Below, in pieces: positions 32,926-42,653 of a stretch of 64,000 nt of DNA. How positions within the stretch are numbered: position 1 is the stretch's first letter; each line of letters opens with the position of its first letter. The notes below the pieces were generated by a model that was not told where the DNA came from, ran no database searches, and was given only the letters and a program-made list of their open reading frames with translations. A program made the position numbers and the translations under genes. Source of the stretch: an uncultured Verrucomicrobiae bacterium (GTDB lineage: Bacteria > Verrucomicrobiota > Verrucomicrobiia > Chthoniobacterales > Chthoniobacteraceae); assembly GCA_963828525.1 (NCBI GenBank), contig CAWHEP010000008.1:160001-224000 (forward strand). Direction: 5' to 3'.

Positions 32926-34202
32926 AGACGATCCATGACCATGTCGAGGAATTGGTCGGAGGCGCGTTATGCGGCGACCTTGCTGAAAACGAGCGAAGTT
33001 CTTTTGAAGCTCACCTCTCGGAGTGCGCTTCGTGCCGCAACTACTACCAGGAGCAGCAAAATATGAGCGTATTGATTGCGGCAAGTCTGAAAAATGAAGA
33101 GCCTTCCGCAGGCTTCGAAAACCGAATGGTCCAAGCTTTCCGAGGGCGGCCACAACCTTGGTTCTTGAGCCTCTGGACGCGGGTAGCGCGATCCTACTCT
33201 GTTCAACTCACCGCAGTGGCGGCTGTGCTGCTTGCCCTGGTCCAAATCGGGGCGTTGGTGACTCATGAGAGAGAAAACACGGCTGTCCAGAAGGGGGCAT
33301 CCACAATGGCGACGCTGAAACTGCCGCCTTCGAGGACACATCCAGCAAGCGTGGCGGCGGACTTGCCCGCTTCAGGGACAGTAGCCTTGAGCTTCGGCAT
33401 CGCGAACTCCTACTCTGGAAGCACGTCCTTTGCCGCGGGCACCCTCCAGAGCCAACCCGCGAAGAACCTGGAAGCGCCTTCATTTGCCGCAACCTCCCGG
33501 GCGGCTGCCGGCCAGTTGAACGTGAAGACGGCGCCTACCCAGGAAAAATCAACGCTTGCTGACGCTGGCAGGAGAGCCTCTCCGGAGATCTCCAGCGCCC
33601 TTCCGGTGCATATACCCCAGACCCCACCGGCCGCGACGACGGATGCCTCCCTGATGCGCGACTTGGGGCCGTTGAAGCAGCGCGCTCTGCGGACCGAGCC
33701 GCCGACAAGGCGAATTGTGGCGGGTGGCATCATTTCATCGGCGAGTCGCGCTCAAACTAATGCGCTCTCTGTCGACGCTGCGCCCGCATCTCCCTCCGTC
33801 AGGTTCCGGGCAGGCGATAAAGTGAAAGTCGCGGACGATTTCAAGGGCTCTTTGGCAACTGATGGAATTTCGAAGGCTCCCGCGGCCCAGGCTCAACTTC
33901 AGGTATTTAGTTCAGCCGGAGAAACCGCAAAAGCACGCGCTCCACTTCCTGCCATTCCGCCGCCTCAACTTCAGGCAAGTCATCCTACTGCAGTAACCAA
34001 CTCCGCTCCTAGCTGCGCACCGGCCGCATTTGAAGCAGGGCGCCATGTGCTGAGCTTTCTAGCCTGGAGCTTCCAGATGATGGGCGTGGCGATCGTCTTT
34101 CTGGCGCCTTGGGCAGCCGCAACCGCAGCGGCAATTGCTTTCCTGGCGTGGACCCTGCATCGCTTTCGAATCAGAAAGCAACGCGCGTCATCGAACCGAT
34201 AG
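32922..34202 (+). CDS. Putative zinc-binding anti-sigma factor (zf-HC2), membrane-anchored
   Basis: HLSECASC (HxxxCxxC), TM segment, overlaps the sigma stop codon (ATGA). Confidence 0.75.
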   Translation: MKTIHDHVEELVGGALCGDLAENERSSFEAHLSECASCRNYYQEQQNMSVLIAASLKNEEPSAGFENRMVQAFRGRPQPWFLSLWTRVARSYSVQLTAVAAVLLALVQIGALVTHERENTAVQKGASTMATLKLPPSRTHPASVAADLPASGTVALSFGIANSYSGSTSFAAGTLQSQPAKNLEAPSFAATSRAAAGQLNVKTAPTQEKSTLADAGRRASPEISSALPVHIPQTPPAATTDASLMRDLGPLKQRALRTEPPTRRIVAGGIISSASRAQTNALSVDAAPASPSVRFRAGDKVKVADDFKGSLATDGISKAPAAQAQLQVFSSAGETAKARAPLPAIPPPQLQASHPTAVTNSAPSCAPAAFEAGRHVLSFLAWSFQMMGVAIVFLAPWAAATAAAIAFLAWTLHRFRIRKQRASSNR

Positions 34203-34216
34203 CGCGCCCATACCGC

Positions 34217-37075
34217 TTAACTTTCGGCTGTCTGAGCGATAGAGAGCTTCCTCTTTTCGTCGAGTATACGAGGATCGATCGGAGTCGTTGCCATTGGGAG
34301 GCTTTCGCATTTACCCCACTCCGTGACGAGAGGGCCTGCCTGGCCGAATAGGCACTCCCTCTGCATCCGGGCGAGGCCTCCCATTTTCCGCCGCAACTCA
34401 TCTTCGGGCACGTCGCTGAATACGTCGGCCATCCCGTTTTCCGATCGAATCACAGCCACCCGGGCGGAAGCGGCTCCCAGCGCTTTGGCAAGGAGGAGAT
34501 AGCTGGCGAACTGGAAACCGCTGCCTCTGTCGAGCGAGCCAAGGGTCGGGGGAGACGCTTTGCCTGTCTTGAAATCGATGATAAGCACATCCGCTCCCAC
34601 CATCCCGGCCCGGTCGGAAATGAGAAGGTCCACGCGGCCCTTCAGTTGCAGCAAACCTCCGTAGGTCTCCACATCTTCGCTGATGGAATGCTCCATGAGG
34701 AAGCAAGTGCCGGCATCCTTTGGAACAGCTGAGACGCATTTCCAGGCATTCCACGCGGCTTTGCGGAGAGTGGACTGCCACCACAGAGGCAGGACCAGGT
34801 TCTCCAGACAGAATAGATCCTCCAATCGCTTCCTTGTCTGGGCAACGGCTTCCTGGAGCGCGGAAAACAAATCACGCGAAACGGGCAGCGGCTTGTATTC
34901 GGCGCCGCCCGCGAACGCTTCCTTCAACCACGCATGCGCATGGGTGCCTACCATCCATTTCTCGCTCCGAGTGAACTCAGCCTCGTCCTCTGATTCAGCA
35001 TTGAAAAGGCGGGAGAGAGCCATCGACGCGGGCGAAGTCACCATGTCATCCACCGAGGTAGCGGACCATCGATCCTGCGGAAGACGACAAGCGCGGAAAT
35101 TGAAGTGATATTCGTCAAATGGAAGAGACGGGTCGCGGCGACTCGCGTGTATTGCAACCAGGTGATCGCGATCCGCGTCCGGGATGCTTGTGAAAGGCCG
35201 GGGGCAAATCCATGCGGACTGCCTCCAGGACTTTGATACGCTGGCGCAAGCGCTTTCGTCGGTCGCGCTCTCCACCATGCCACGGATCACCCATTCATTG
35301 GGATAAGCTTCCCGCGTTTCCTCACCCTCCTTGCTCGCAACCGCGGCCAAAGCAATCTGGCCCCGGCAATTTTCTATCAGATCCAGAAATTGCGATTGCT
35401 CGAGCGCGCTTCGATCAGGCGAGCCGAGGATGTAGCCGTGTTTTGCCGTCCGTCGCGCGTTGAGATCGCGGCATGCGGCATCATCCAGAAAGCAGTTCTC
35501 CGTCTGCTTGACGGGCCAATCGCCTTCGTTGCAATCGAGGAACACCAGTTCATCCCACGACTGGCGGCACGCCTGCGAAAAGGTGGTGATGACAACGCTG
35601 GCGTTCGGCCAATCCGCGTCCTTATGCCTCCGCAGGCGTGATCCAGAAAGAAGTTGCCGGAGGTATTCAAGGAACGACTCTGACGTCATTGATATATCCC
35701 CGCCTGGAAGTTCCGCGATGAGCGACCAGGCTGGCTCCATTGATTCCAGGCTGATTTCGAAGGCATTGACGGTAAGCTCCCACTTCAGCCTGGCTTCAGA
35801 CCACGTCATTTCGTCCGGCCAAAGCCCAAGGGCCTCCACCAGACCCCTCATCTGTTCAGATGCCTTCGCTGGCTCAAGAGAATGCACGAGCATCCTCGCA
35901 TTGCGTGTCTGGGAGATTTTGAACGCGCCATGCATGCAATCGCGCGCGTCTCGCGGATTCAGCCACGGCCAACTTCCGGACCCGCGCTCGTTGAGCAAAA
36001 CGACAAGTGCCAGGAGCGATTCAGCATCGCAACAGAGGAGGTGGTACCGGATGATTTCGAGTTGAATGAGGACCTCCGTCTCCGGTTCCTCGTTTTCCCC
36101 GGTGGCGTCGAAGATGCGGATGTCCGCATGCGCAAGAGTTCGCGCCATCTCGAGAGAAGATGGCCCTCTCCGAGGGGTGACGATGCCAAGCCGTTGTCCC
36201 AGGGGCATCGCCGCCACGCGCCGGACAACGTAATCACGAGCGAGGGTCATCTGGTCGAGCCATTGCGCGCCAACAAGAAAACGCGGAGCTTGCCCGTCAA
36301 AAGGGTCTAGATCGGTTGCTTCCAAGCGGGATACAAGCGGCTCATTCACCGACCGGAAGTCGCTCGCTTTGCAAGGCTCGGACTGCGTTCCGAGCTTTTT
36401 CTCGATCATTCTCACCCAGTTCTGCTGCAAAGTCTCCGTGGTCGAGCGTGGCAGGGCCTGGTAAAAATTAGATCGGATGCTCGCGCGAAACACCGCGTCG
36501 AGCAGCGGAAGAAACCCCCAGTAGGCGGCGTCCCATCCGACGAAGCAGGTATTCAGGCGTCCTCCTGACGTGAGTCCCGATGCGAGAAACAGTTCGTTGT
36601 CGAGCGCCGGGCCCCATGCCCTCGAATCCTCGAGAATCCGCGAGAGTTCCCTGGACGCTCCCGGCAGAACACTTGCGGCGCTGCCTCCCCATCCACAGCT
36701 CTCCAGTTGCTCGAGGGCGTCCAACCAATCCGCTGGCGAGTCCGCGAGCGAGCAGGAGTCGATCGTGGGCGCTCGCAAGGCATTCACCTTCAAGATGAAT
36801 TGCAAGGTTTCGCGGCCTAGCGCGCGTGTCTCAATGCCCAGGAGGGAGCAAAGTTCAAACCGCAGCATGGCAGGTTGAAGAAACCGGATCCCAAACAGGC
36901 AAACCCCATCCTGAAGGGCCCGTCGCTTAATCCATTGCGTCTGCCCAGCTGAGACGAGTGACATCCAGCATTCCTCCCCTGAAAGAACCTTTTCAGACGC
37001 ATCCTCGCACCACGCGCGGAGGCCATCTGCCCAGGCATCCTCCAGAAAACGATAGAGTTTAAAGGATGCGGGCAT
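34217..37075 (-). CDS. PD-(D/E)XK nuclease-family protein, AddB/RexB-like
   Basis: Degenerate helicase-like body (FLDCNEGDWP) and C-terminal LKGRVDLL...IIDFKTG...Q..SY RecB-type nuclease motif. Confidence 0.75.
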   Translation of the reverse strand: MPASFKLYRFLEDAWADGLRAWCEDASEKVLSGEECWMSLVSAGQTQWIKRRALQDGVCLFGIRFLQPAMLRFELCSLLGIETRALGRETLQFILKVNALRAPTIDSCSLADSPADWLDALEQLESCGWGGSAASVLPGASRELSRILEDSRAWGPALDNELFLASGLTSGGRLNTCFVGWDAAYWGFLPLLDAVFRASIRSNFYQALPRSTTETLQQNWVRMIEKKLGTQSEPCKASDFRSVNEPLVSRLEATDLDPFDGQAPRFLVGAQWLDQMTLARDYVVRRVAAMPLGQRLGIVTPRRGPSSLEMARTLAHADIRIFDATGENEEPETEVLIQLEIIRYHLLCCDAESLLALVVLLNERGSGSWPWLNPRDARDCMHGAFKISQTRNARMLVHSLEPAKASEQMRGLVEALGLWPDEMTWSEARLKWELTVNAFEISLESMEPAWSLIAELPGGDISMTSESFLEYLRQLLSGSRLRRHKDADWPNASVVITTFSQACRQSWDELVFLDCNEGDWPVKQTENCFLDDAACRDLNARRTAKHGYILGSPDRSALEQSQFLDLIENCRGQIALAAVASKEGEETREAYPNEWVIRGMVESATDESACASVSKSWRQSAWICPRPFTSIPDADRDHLVAIHASRRDPSLPFDEYHFNFRACRLPQDRWSATSVDDMVTSPASMALSRLFNAESEDEAEFTRSEKWMVGTHAHAWLKEAFAGGAEYKPLPVSRDLFSALQEAVAQTRKRLEDLFCLENLVLPLWWQSTLRKAAWNAWKCVSAVPKDAGTCFLMEHSISEDVETYGGLLQLKGRVDLLISDRAGMVGADVLIIDFKTGKASPPTLGSLDRGSGFQFASYLLLAKALGAASARVAVIRSENGMADVFSDVPEDELRRKMGGLARMQRECLFGQAGPLVTEWGKCESLPMATTPIDPRILDEKRKLSIAQTAES

Positions 37076-37147
37076 GATCCGATCCTAACGCGCGAATCGG
37101 GCGTTCCAAGCTGTAACGCGACAGCCCATTACATCCAGGAGACGCGG

Positions 37148-39544
37148 CTACTGGATACCCCAGGTTTTGTTCGGCTGTGATCCCAGCACAAACTCCAGAG
37201 TTCCTCCGGCCGTGATCTCAGCATAGCTCAACCAGCAGCGGTTAAGAGGCTGACCGTTGAGCTGGGCGGATTGGATGTAGACATTCTCCGGAGAGTTGTT
37301 CTTCGCGGTGATGACGAACGTTCTGCCCTTCGAATATGCGGGATTGAGGTTCAGCGTCACCTTGTCGAAAACAGGCGTGAATATTTCGTAACGCGGATCG
37401 CCAGGACAGGCCTGGGCGAGGCCGCTCGCGCCCAGAACGTACCACGCGGAAACCTGGCCTTCATCATCATCGCCGCAAAGGCCATTCGGGCCGGCCCCGT
37501 AAGCTTCAGCGCACAGGCGGCGCACCCACTTTTGAGTGAGCCATGGGGCTCCGGCGCGGTTGAAGAGAAAGGGGATCAGGTGGCTCGGTTCGTTTGGCTG
37601 GTTTTCGTAGTCATTCCATTGGTTCAGCTTCGGGGTTCGGTCGAAGAAATCAGCAAGCTTGGTGACGAAAAGATCGTTGCCGCCGTTCAGCTTGATAAGG
37701 CCCGGTATATCCTGCGGGACAAACCACCCGTTCTGGAAGATGGAGGATTCCATACCGCCGTTCCCGGAGGTAAGTCCCTGCCATGGCGCCCACGCCCCCG
37801 ATTTGTCTTTGAGACAGAACCAGCCTTTCCAGTCGGGATGGCTCGTCTTGTCGGACTTCTTGTATGTCCATGGCTCGTCAGGATTGAAGAGGAGCGAGTA
37901 CTGCTGACCGCGGGCGCCATATTTTTTAGCGTCATCGCTTTTGCCCAGCCCATTTGCCAGCTGAGAAAGATTCCAATCGCAAAAATCGTTCTCCAGACTG
38001 ACGGAAAGCCCGTGCCCTCCAGGGGTGTAGCCCAGTGGCCCGTTCCAATCGCGTTCGCACGTATTCACCGCGTAGTTGTAAGCCGTCGGCACGTCGAAGT
38101 TGCGGATGCCCTTCTGGAACGCGTCGTTCACAATGATAACTTCAGGGCTGCCGCACATGCACCCTGTATAGGAGTTCATCATTTCCCAGCGATCATAGTA
38201 ACCAAGGTGGTTTTCGTTCACGAGGCTGACCATGCTGTTTACCTGATCGTTGATAATGTCGGGCGCGATGATCGTGAGGAGCGGAAACTGGCTCCGATAG
38301 ATATCCCAACCGCTGAACACAGTCCGTTTGATGTAACCCTTCGCCTGATGGACATTGCCGTCCGCGCCAGGGTAGTCGCCATTTACGTCGGAATAGATGC
38401 GTGGATCGATCAACCCATGATACATCGAGGTGGAAAAGATAGTCTTCTGCGCTTCAGTGCCGCCTTCAACTGAAATGCGGCTGAGAGCATGGGCCCAGAG
38501 AGCGTGCGCTTGCGAGCGGACGGCATCAAAATCCCAGCCAGGGATCTCGGCGGCGACATTGGCGCGGGCATTGTCAATGCTCACATATGAAATGCCAGCT
38601 TTGAGCATGATGACGTCACGATCCTGGGTCGGGAATTCCGCGTAGAAACCAAGGTGCTGACCTTCCTTTTCCCGGCAACCGGGAATCTTCTCGGCTGCCT
38701 TGCAGGCATCGGCGAACGCAGCCTTTAAGATGTCGCTGTGTCCGTAACTCCCCGGCGGGATCGTAGCGCTCCATACGCCATAGTTCTTCAGCGGCCTGCT
38801 GAACTCGGCATGGTAGTAGAGGGTGTAAGCCACTTTGCCGCCCATGAATCCTCCGCCCTTGTGGGTGCAATCAATCTGGCCTTCAATCGTGTGATCATTG
38901 GTGATCTTCACCGTCTGATGCAGGGATGTGCCACCAATCCGGCGGGCGAGATCTATCTGGACGCGAGAGGCTGGATTGGTGGGGAAAGTAAAGCGCAGGA
39001 TGCCGCTGCGCGGAGCAGCGGTCATTTCCGCGCGGATCTTGTAGTCGCTGAGCGTCACGGCGTAGTACCCAGCTTGCGCGACTTCGGATTCCTTCGTGTA
39101 GGAAGAAAGATAGCCGGACCCGGGTTTATCGGTTTCGCCATACCAGGTCTGGAGAGGCCCTGCCGTCGGCATCACCATGAAATTACCGAGGTCGCCGAAG
39201 GCCCCGACACCGCTCATATGCTGGAAGCTAAATCCCTGTATGGTGGTGTGTGGATAGCAATAGCCCGCGCCGTTGTCGCCGCCCGTGATCGTGTCTGGGC
39301 TGAGTTGCACCATGCCGGCGGGGGTGCATGCTCCTGGAAACAATTTGCCGTGGAATCCTTCAAAGTTGGGATCCATATTGGGCAGCTTGGCCTTCTCCTC
39401 CTTGGAAGGATTCATACTCGAAGCGCCGATGAAAGGATTCACATAATCGGCGGCATCCTTCGCACGGAGAATGAAGGAAGAGCTTGAAAGAGAAGCAATA
39501 GCGACGGTGAGGCAGAGTATCTTTGATCTGAGGGGGATGGTCAT
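37148..39544 (-). CDS. GH92 alpha-mannosidase-family glycoside hydrolase, secreted
   Basis: YVNPFIG, PGA..P.GMVQLSPDT, GFSFQHMSGVG, FSGWDIYR, NEPSH, GDDDEGQVSAWY. Start set at ATG 39544. Confidence 0.9.
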   Translation of the reverse strand: MTIPLRSKILCLTVAIASLSSSSFILRAKDAADYVNPFIGASSMNPSKEEKAKLPNMDPNFEGFHGKLFPGACTPAGMVQLSPDTITGGDNGAGYCYPHTTIQGFSFQHMSGVGAFGDLGNFMVMPTAGPLQTWYGETDKPGSGYLSSYTKESEVAQAGYYAVTLSDYKIRAEMTAAPRSGILRFTFPTNPASRVQIDLARRIGGTSLHQTVKITNDHTIEGQIDCTHKGGGFMGGKVAYTLYYHAEFSRPLKNYGVWSATIPPGSYGHSDILKAAFADACKAAEKIPGCREKEGQHLGFYAEFPTQDRDVIMLKAGISYVSIDNARANVAAEIPGWDFDAVRSQAHALWAHALSRISVEGGTEAQKTIFSTSMYHGLIDPRIYSDVNGDYPGADGNVHQAKGYIKRTVFSGWDIYRSQFPLLTIIAPDIINDQVNSMVSLVNENHLGYYDRWEMMNSYTGCMCGSPEVIIVNDAFQKGIRNFDVPTAYNYAVNTCERDWNGPLGYTPGGHGLSVSLENDFCDWNLSQLANGLGKSDDAKKYGARGQQYSLLFNPDEPWTYKKSDKTSHPDWKGWFCLKDKSGAWAPWQGLTSGNGGMESSIFQNGWFVPQDIPGLIKLNGGNDLFVTKLADFFDRTPKLNQWNDYENQPNEPSHLIPFLFNRAGAPWLTQKWVRRLCAEAYGAGPNGLCGDDDEGQVSAWYVLGASGLAQACPGDPRYEIFTPVFDKVTLNLNPAYSKGRTFVITAKNNSPENVYIQSAQLNGQPLNRCWLSYAEITAGGTLEFVLGSQPNKTWGIQ

Positions 39545-39876
39545 GGGAATTAGGGCTGGAAGACGAGGCGTGAACCGTGGATCACGGATGAACAGGAGGC
39601 AGGGGAACTTGAATCGAATATCGTATTCTGAAGCCGCCCGCAAGCTTCCTTGACGCGGTTGAAGCCCAGGTAGCGCGCCGCCTAGAGAGTTTCGGCGGCG
39701 CTTGCCATTCAGAGCATGGAGTCTATTACAGCAGCACCCGGGATAAATTCCCGCCCTCAAGCCTTGTGCATCGTTGTGCGAGTCGACCGCCAATTGCCAC
39801 GTTGCTGCGCCAATCATCGCCACGCCACGCGAAATTGTGACGAAGTTCTGCCATTGACGAATGTTCAAAACCGTCA

Positions 39877-39903
39877 CCGCTTGCCCCGGTCTGGGGCAAG
39901 CGG
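39877..39903. terminator. Strong GC-rich hairpin (11-bp perfect stem); possible terminator or REP-like element
   Basis: CCGCTTGCCCC-GGTCT-GGGGCAAGCGG with outer TTCAAA/TTTGAA, in a 555-bp intergenic region. Confidence 0.35.
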
Positions 39904-40100
39904 GTTTGAAGGACGGAACCGCCCCTAAAACAATGCTATAAATCGCGTGGTCTTCGGCGGACGCTAAAAGGTCTACACATAGGGCAGCTTGTCAGGGGGC
40001 CGGAGACCAGCAAAACGAAGGGGTCTGCGGATGAACACGAACTCCGCGCGGTTCCTAGGACGATGGCTACAGTGAAAATGTGGGAGCGCATAAAAGCGGA

Positions 40101-41714
40101 TCAGCGCGTGAGGGTGACGTTATCCACCTCGTAAGGAACGGTGACATGGCCGCAGGTTTCACCCTCGAGAAAGACAAGTTCCGCGCCCTTGAGCCAGTCG
40201 GACGGGAGCGGATTATTCCCAGGTTTTGAATAGGTCATGTGAGACGTGGTGAAGTCTATGGGAAAGTGGATGTTGCCAGTTTCGCCAGAGCCGCTTTGTA
40301 GTATTTCATTCCTGGCCCGAGAGACCAGCGCCCATGACAAATTGCCGGGATTGTCTCCCGTGTTACCCCGCAGGGCGAGCGGCAGCTTGACGCAGGTCAG
40401 ATCAAGAACGACACCTCGTGGAGACAAGGAAACTCCCGTGATCTCGTAACGCTGGCGCGGCCACGTAAACACAGCCCCCGGTTCAAGCGGAATTGAACCG
40501 GCTACATAGGCGCGGTGAATTCCCAGTTGCACCTCGCCCTTGATGGTGACGCCAGTCAGGTCTTCTCCCGCCGGAAGCCGGGACGGCAGGTAAGTGAAGG
40601 CCCTGAGCGTGATCCCCGGTTTCCCGTAGCTCACTCCCGGAACGGCCGAGCGGACTCCAATTACATCAGCCTCGAACGGTAAGCCCATTAAACTTCCGAT
40701 GTCCTGGGCCGGCGCTATTTGGGTTTGCTCAACGACGGAATGAATGATTTTACCAGACCGAAACGTGGCGGTGGCTTTGGAGCCTATAACACGGTAATAG
40801 TAGGGCGGTTCTACGCACTCTACGCTTGGTCCGCGGACAACGGTGTGGTAGACGATGCCGGAATTCCATGCCATTTGCTCAGCTTGCTGACCGGAGGGAT
40901 AATTAGTAAGTCGAATGTTGCCACGCAGATGCGCCGGGATATTGGTCGCCCGGTCCGGGGCCATCCGACTCTCACCAATCTTTGCGGTTCCGACGCAGAT
41001 GATGAGATCAAGGATAATGCCGCCGATGACCAAGGCTAGAGGAAGGCCAAATCTACGAGTGCGATAGCGGAGCACCGCCGCAACCATTACCACGCCGATA
41101 AAGCCGCACCAACCGAGGAGCCTAATCAGGGCGCCCCACCAGAGTTGCGCAGGATTGAGATCGGGAGCAGCCATCGCAACGCCTGGGAAAATCACGCGGA
41201 GATAAGCAAAGAGCAGGATCGCCATAAAAAAGAGGCCAAGCGCAAAAAGCACGTGGGAATTCTTCCGGAGAAAAAGCGCAAACAAAACGACGAGGGCAAT
41301 GGCGGCGCCGAAATGGATGGTAGTTTCCATCAGGAGACAAAGATGGTCGAGCGGCTGCTGTGGCATGCGTAACACGGCGTAGTCGAGTTCCTGAAAACCC
41401 CATCCGCTAATAACCAGAAAGAGGCCAAGAAAGAGAAACTTGGCGAAGAAAACCGCTTCGCCGGGAACGGGCCGTGTGGAAAGAAATCGCAAATCGCGGC
41501 CCGGCCAATCGAGTTGAATGAGATCGATCGCGAGAAAAAGACCAATCAGATATGGGGAAAGAGCGGGCAGCGCGACATACAAAACGGACGCCGTTTCCCT
41601 CCAAAAGAGGGCAATTGCGATCAACAAACCGATTCCCAACAACATACCCAGCGGCCATACATACCTCCGCGCGTCTTTTATAAAGATGAGGCGAACAGCC
41701 GCTCCGGTGGTCAT
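40101..41714 (-). CDS. Multi-pass membrane protein with large soluble C-terminal domain (putative ABC-2-type permease), paralog 2
   Basis: About 7 hydrophobic helices, RFLSTRPV motif; coupled to the ABC ATPase gene. Confidence 0.65.
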   Translation of the reverse strand: MTTGAAVRLIFIKDARRYVWPLGMLLGIGLLIAIALFWRETASVLYVALPALSPYLIGLFLAIDLIQLDWPGRDLRFLSTRPVPGEAVFFAKFLFLGLFLVISGWGFQELDYAVLRMPQQPLDHLCLLMETTIHFGAAIALVVLFALFLRKNSHVLFALGLFFMAILLFAYLRVIFPGVAMAAPDLNPAQLWWGALIRLLGWCGFIGVVMVAAVLRYRTRRFGLPLALVIGGIILDLIICVGTAKIGESRMAPDRATNIPAHLRGNIRLTNYPSGQQAEQMAWNSGIVYHTVVRGPSVECVEPPYYYRVIGSKATATFRSGKIIHSVVEQTQIAPAQDIGSLMGLPFEADVIGVRSAVPGVSYGKPGITLRAFTYLPSRLPAGEDLTGVTIKGEVQLGIHRAYVAGSIPLEPGAVFTWPRQRYEITGVSLSPRGVVLDLTCVKLPLALRGNTGDNPGNLSWALVSRARNEILQSGSGETGNIHFPIDFTTSHMTYSKPGNNPLPSDWLKGAELVFLEGETCGHVTVPYEVDNVTLTR

Positions 41715-42601
41715 CGCTTTGTCTCCGATGAGGTATAAACGCTCAGGAGAATCTCCCTCAACGGCATGGAAACAAATTCGATGCCCGAGCCAAAACGGAG
41801 CCGCAGTTCCCCCTCGCGCTGATCAGAAAAAGCCGACTCTACGAACGTGAAACCATTCTCGGACTGGTTAGGCTGATGCATAGTGGAATCAAGCTGCGAG
41901 GCGACAACGGGTCCGAAGACTTGAGCGCGACGGTACCGCAACTGGAGAGATTCGAGCGGCTCGCTTACGGTGATAGCTCCATGATTGATGACTCCGATGG
42001 CGTCGGCCAGGCGCTCTACTTCAGCGAGGTCATGCGAGGCGCAGACCACCGACCATTGCTCTTGCCCCGTTGCTTCAAGCAGGCACGAGATGAGCTGCTC
42101 CTTGGCCACAACGTCGAGACCGGCAAAGGGTTCGTCGAGCAGGAGAAGACGGGGGTGGAAGGCCATGGCAAGAAGCAGGATGAATTTCATCCGTTCGCCT
42201 TTCGAATAATGGCCGACCTTTCGATCTAGCGGCAGGTCAAGCGCGCCGCAAAGCTGGTCGCAGAAAGCCGTGTCCCAGTTGGGGTAAAGCTGGCTGACGA
42301 AGCGGAGGAGTTCACTCCCAGTGAGCCAATTGTAAAGTGGCTGAGCTTCCGAAACAAAACCGATGGCCCGCCATTCCTCGACGCCCAGACGCAGAGAATC
42401 GACTCCAAGCGCTCGGGTTGTGCCTTGGCGAGGTATCAGCGCGCCCGCGAGAATTTTTAGGAGTGTGGACTTGCCCGCTCCGTTGCGACCAAGCAGGGCG
42501 TAGAAGGAGCCGGGCTCAACCGCAAGGTTCACGTCGCGCAGGACATCCTGGCGGCGGTGATAAGCGAAGGTAAGGTGTTCGGCTTCGATGACCGGTTTCA
42601 T
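41711..42601 (-). CDS. ABC transporter ATP-binding protein (YtrB-like)
   Basis: GRNGAGKST, YSKGERMK (variant signature), LLLDEPFAGLD, SHDL.EVE. Confidence 0.9.
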   Translation of the reverse strand: MKPVIEAEHLTFAYHRRQDVLRDVNLAVEPGSFYALLGRNGAGKSTLLKILAGALIPRQGTTRALGVDSLRLGVEEWRAIGFVSEAQPLYNWLTGSELLRFVSQLYPNWDTAFCDQLCGALDLPLDRKVGHYSKGERMKFILLLAMAFHPRLLLLDEPFAGLDVVAKEQLISCLLEATGQEQWSVVCASHDLAEVERLADAIGVINHGAITVSEPLESLQLRYRRAQVFGPVVASQLDSTMHQPNQSENGFTFVESAFSDQREGELRLRFGSGIEFVSMPLREILLSVYTSSETKR

Positions 42602-42653
42602 ATGCGTTTTATTTTCTGGATCTATTTGTGGATGGTTCCTGGCGGCTTGGAAT

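Noticed and set aside
37271..38473. Long antisense ORFs (e.g. 37271..38473, 3636..4451, 58338..59210)
   Set aside because: They lie opposite well-supported genes and have no recognisable motifs; typical high-GC shadow ORFs.
39545..39877. 111-aa N-terminal extension of the GH92 ORF
   Set aside because: The signal peptide and family homology begin at Met 39544; the extension looks non-coding.
39945..40000. Faint resemblance to a c-di-GMP-I riboswitch (GGACGC..AAA..GGTCTA..GGCAGC)
   Set aside because: The required stems and GNRA/receptor elements could not be built, and there is no suitably oriented downstream gene.
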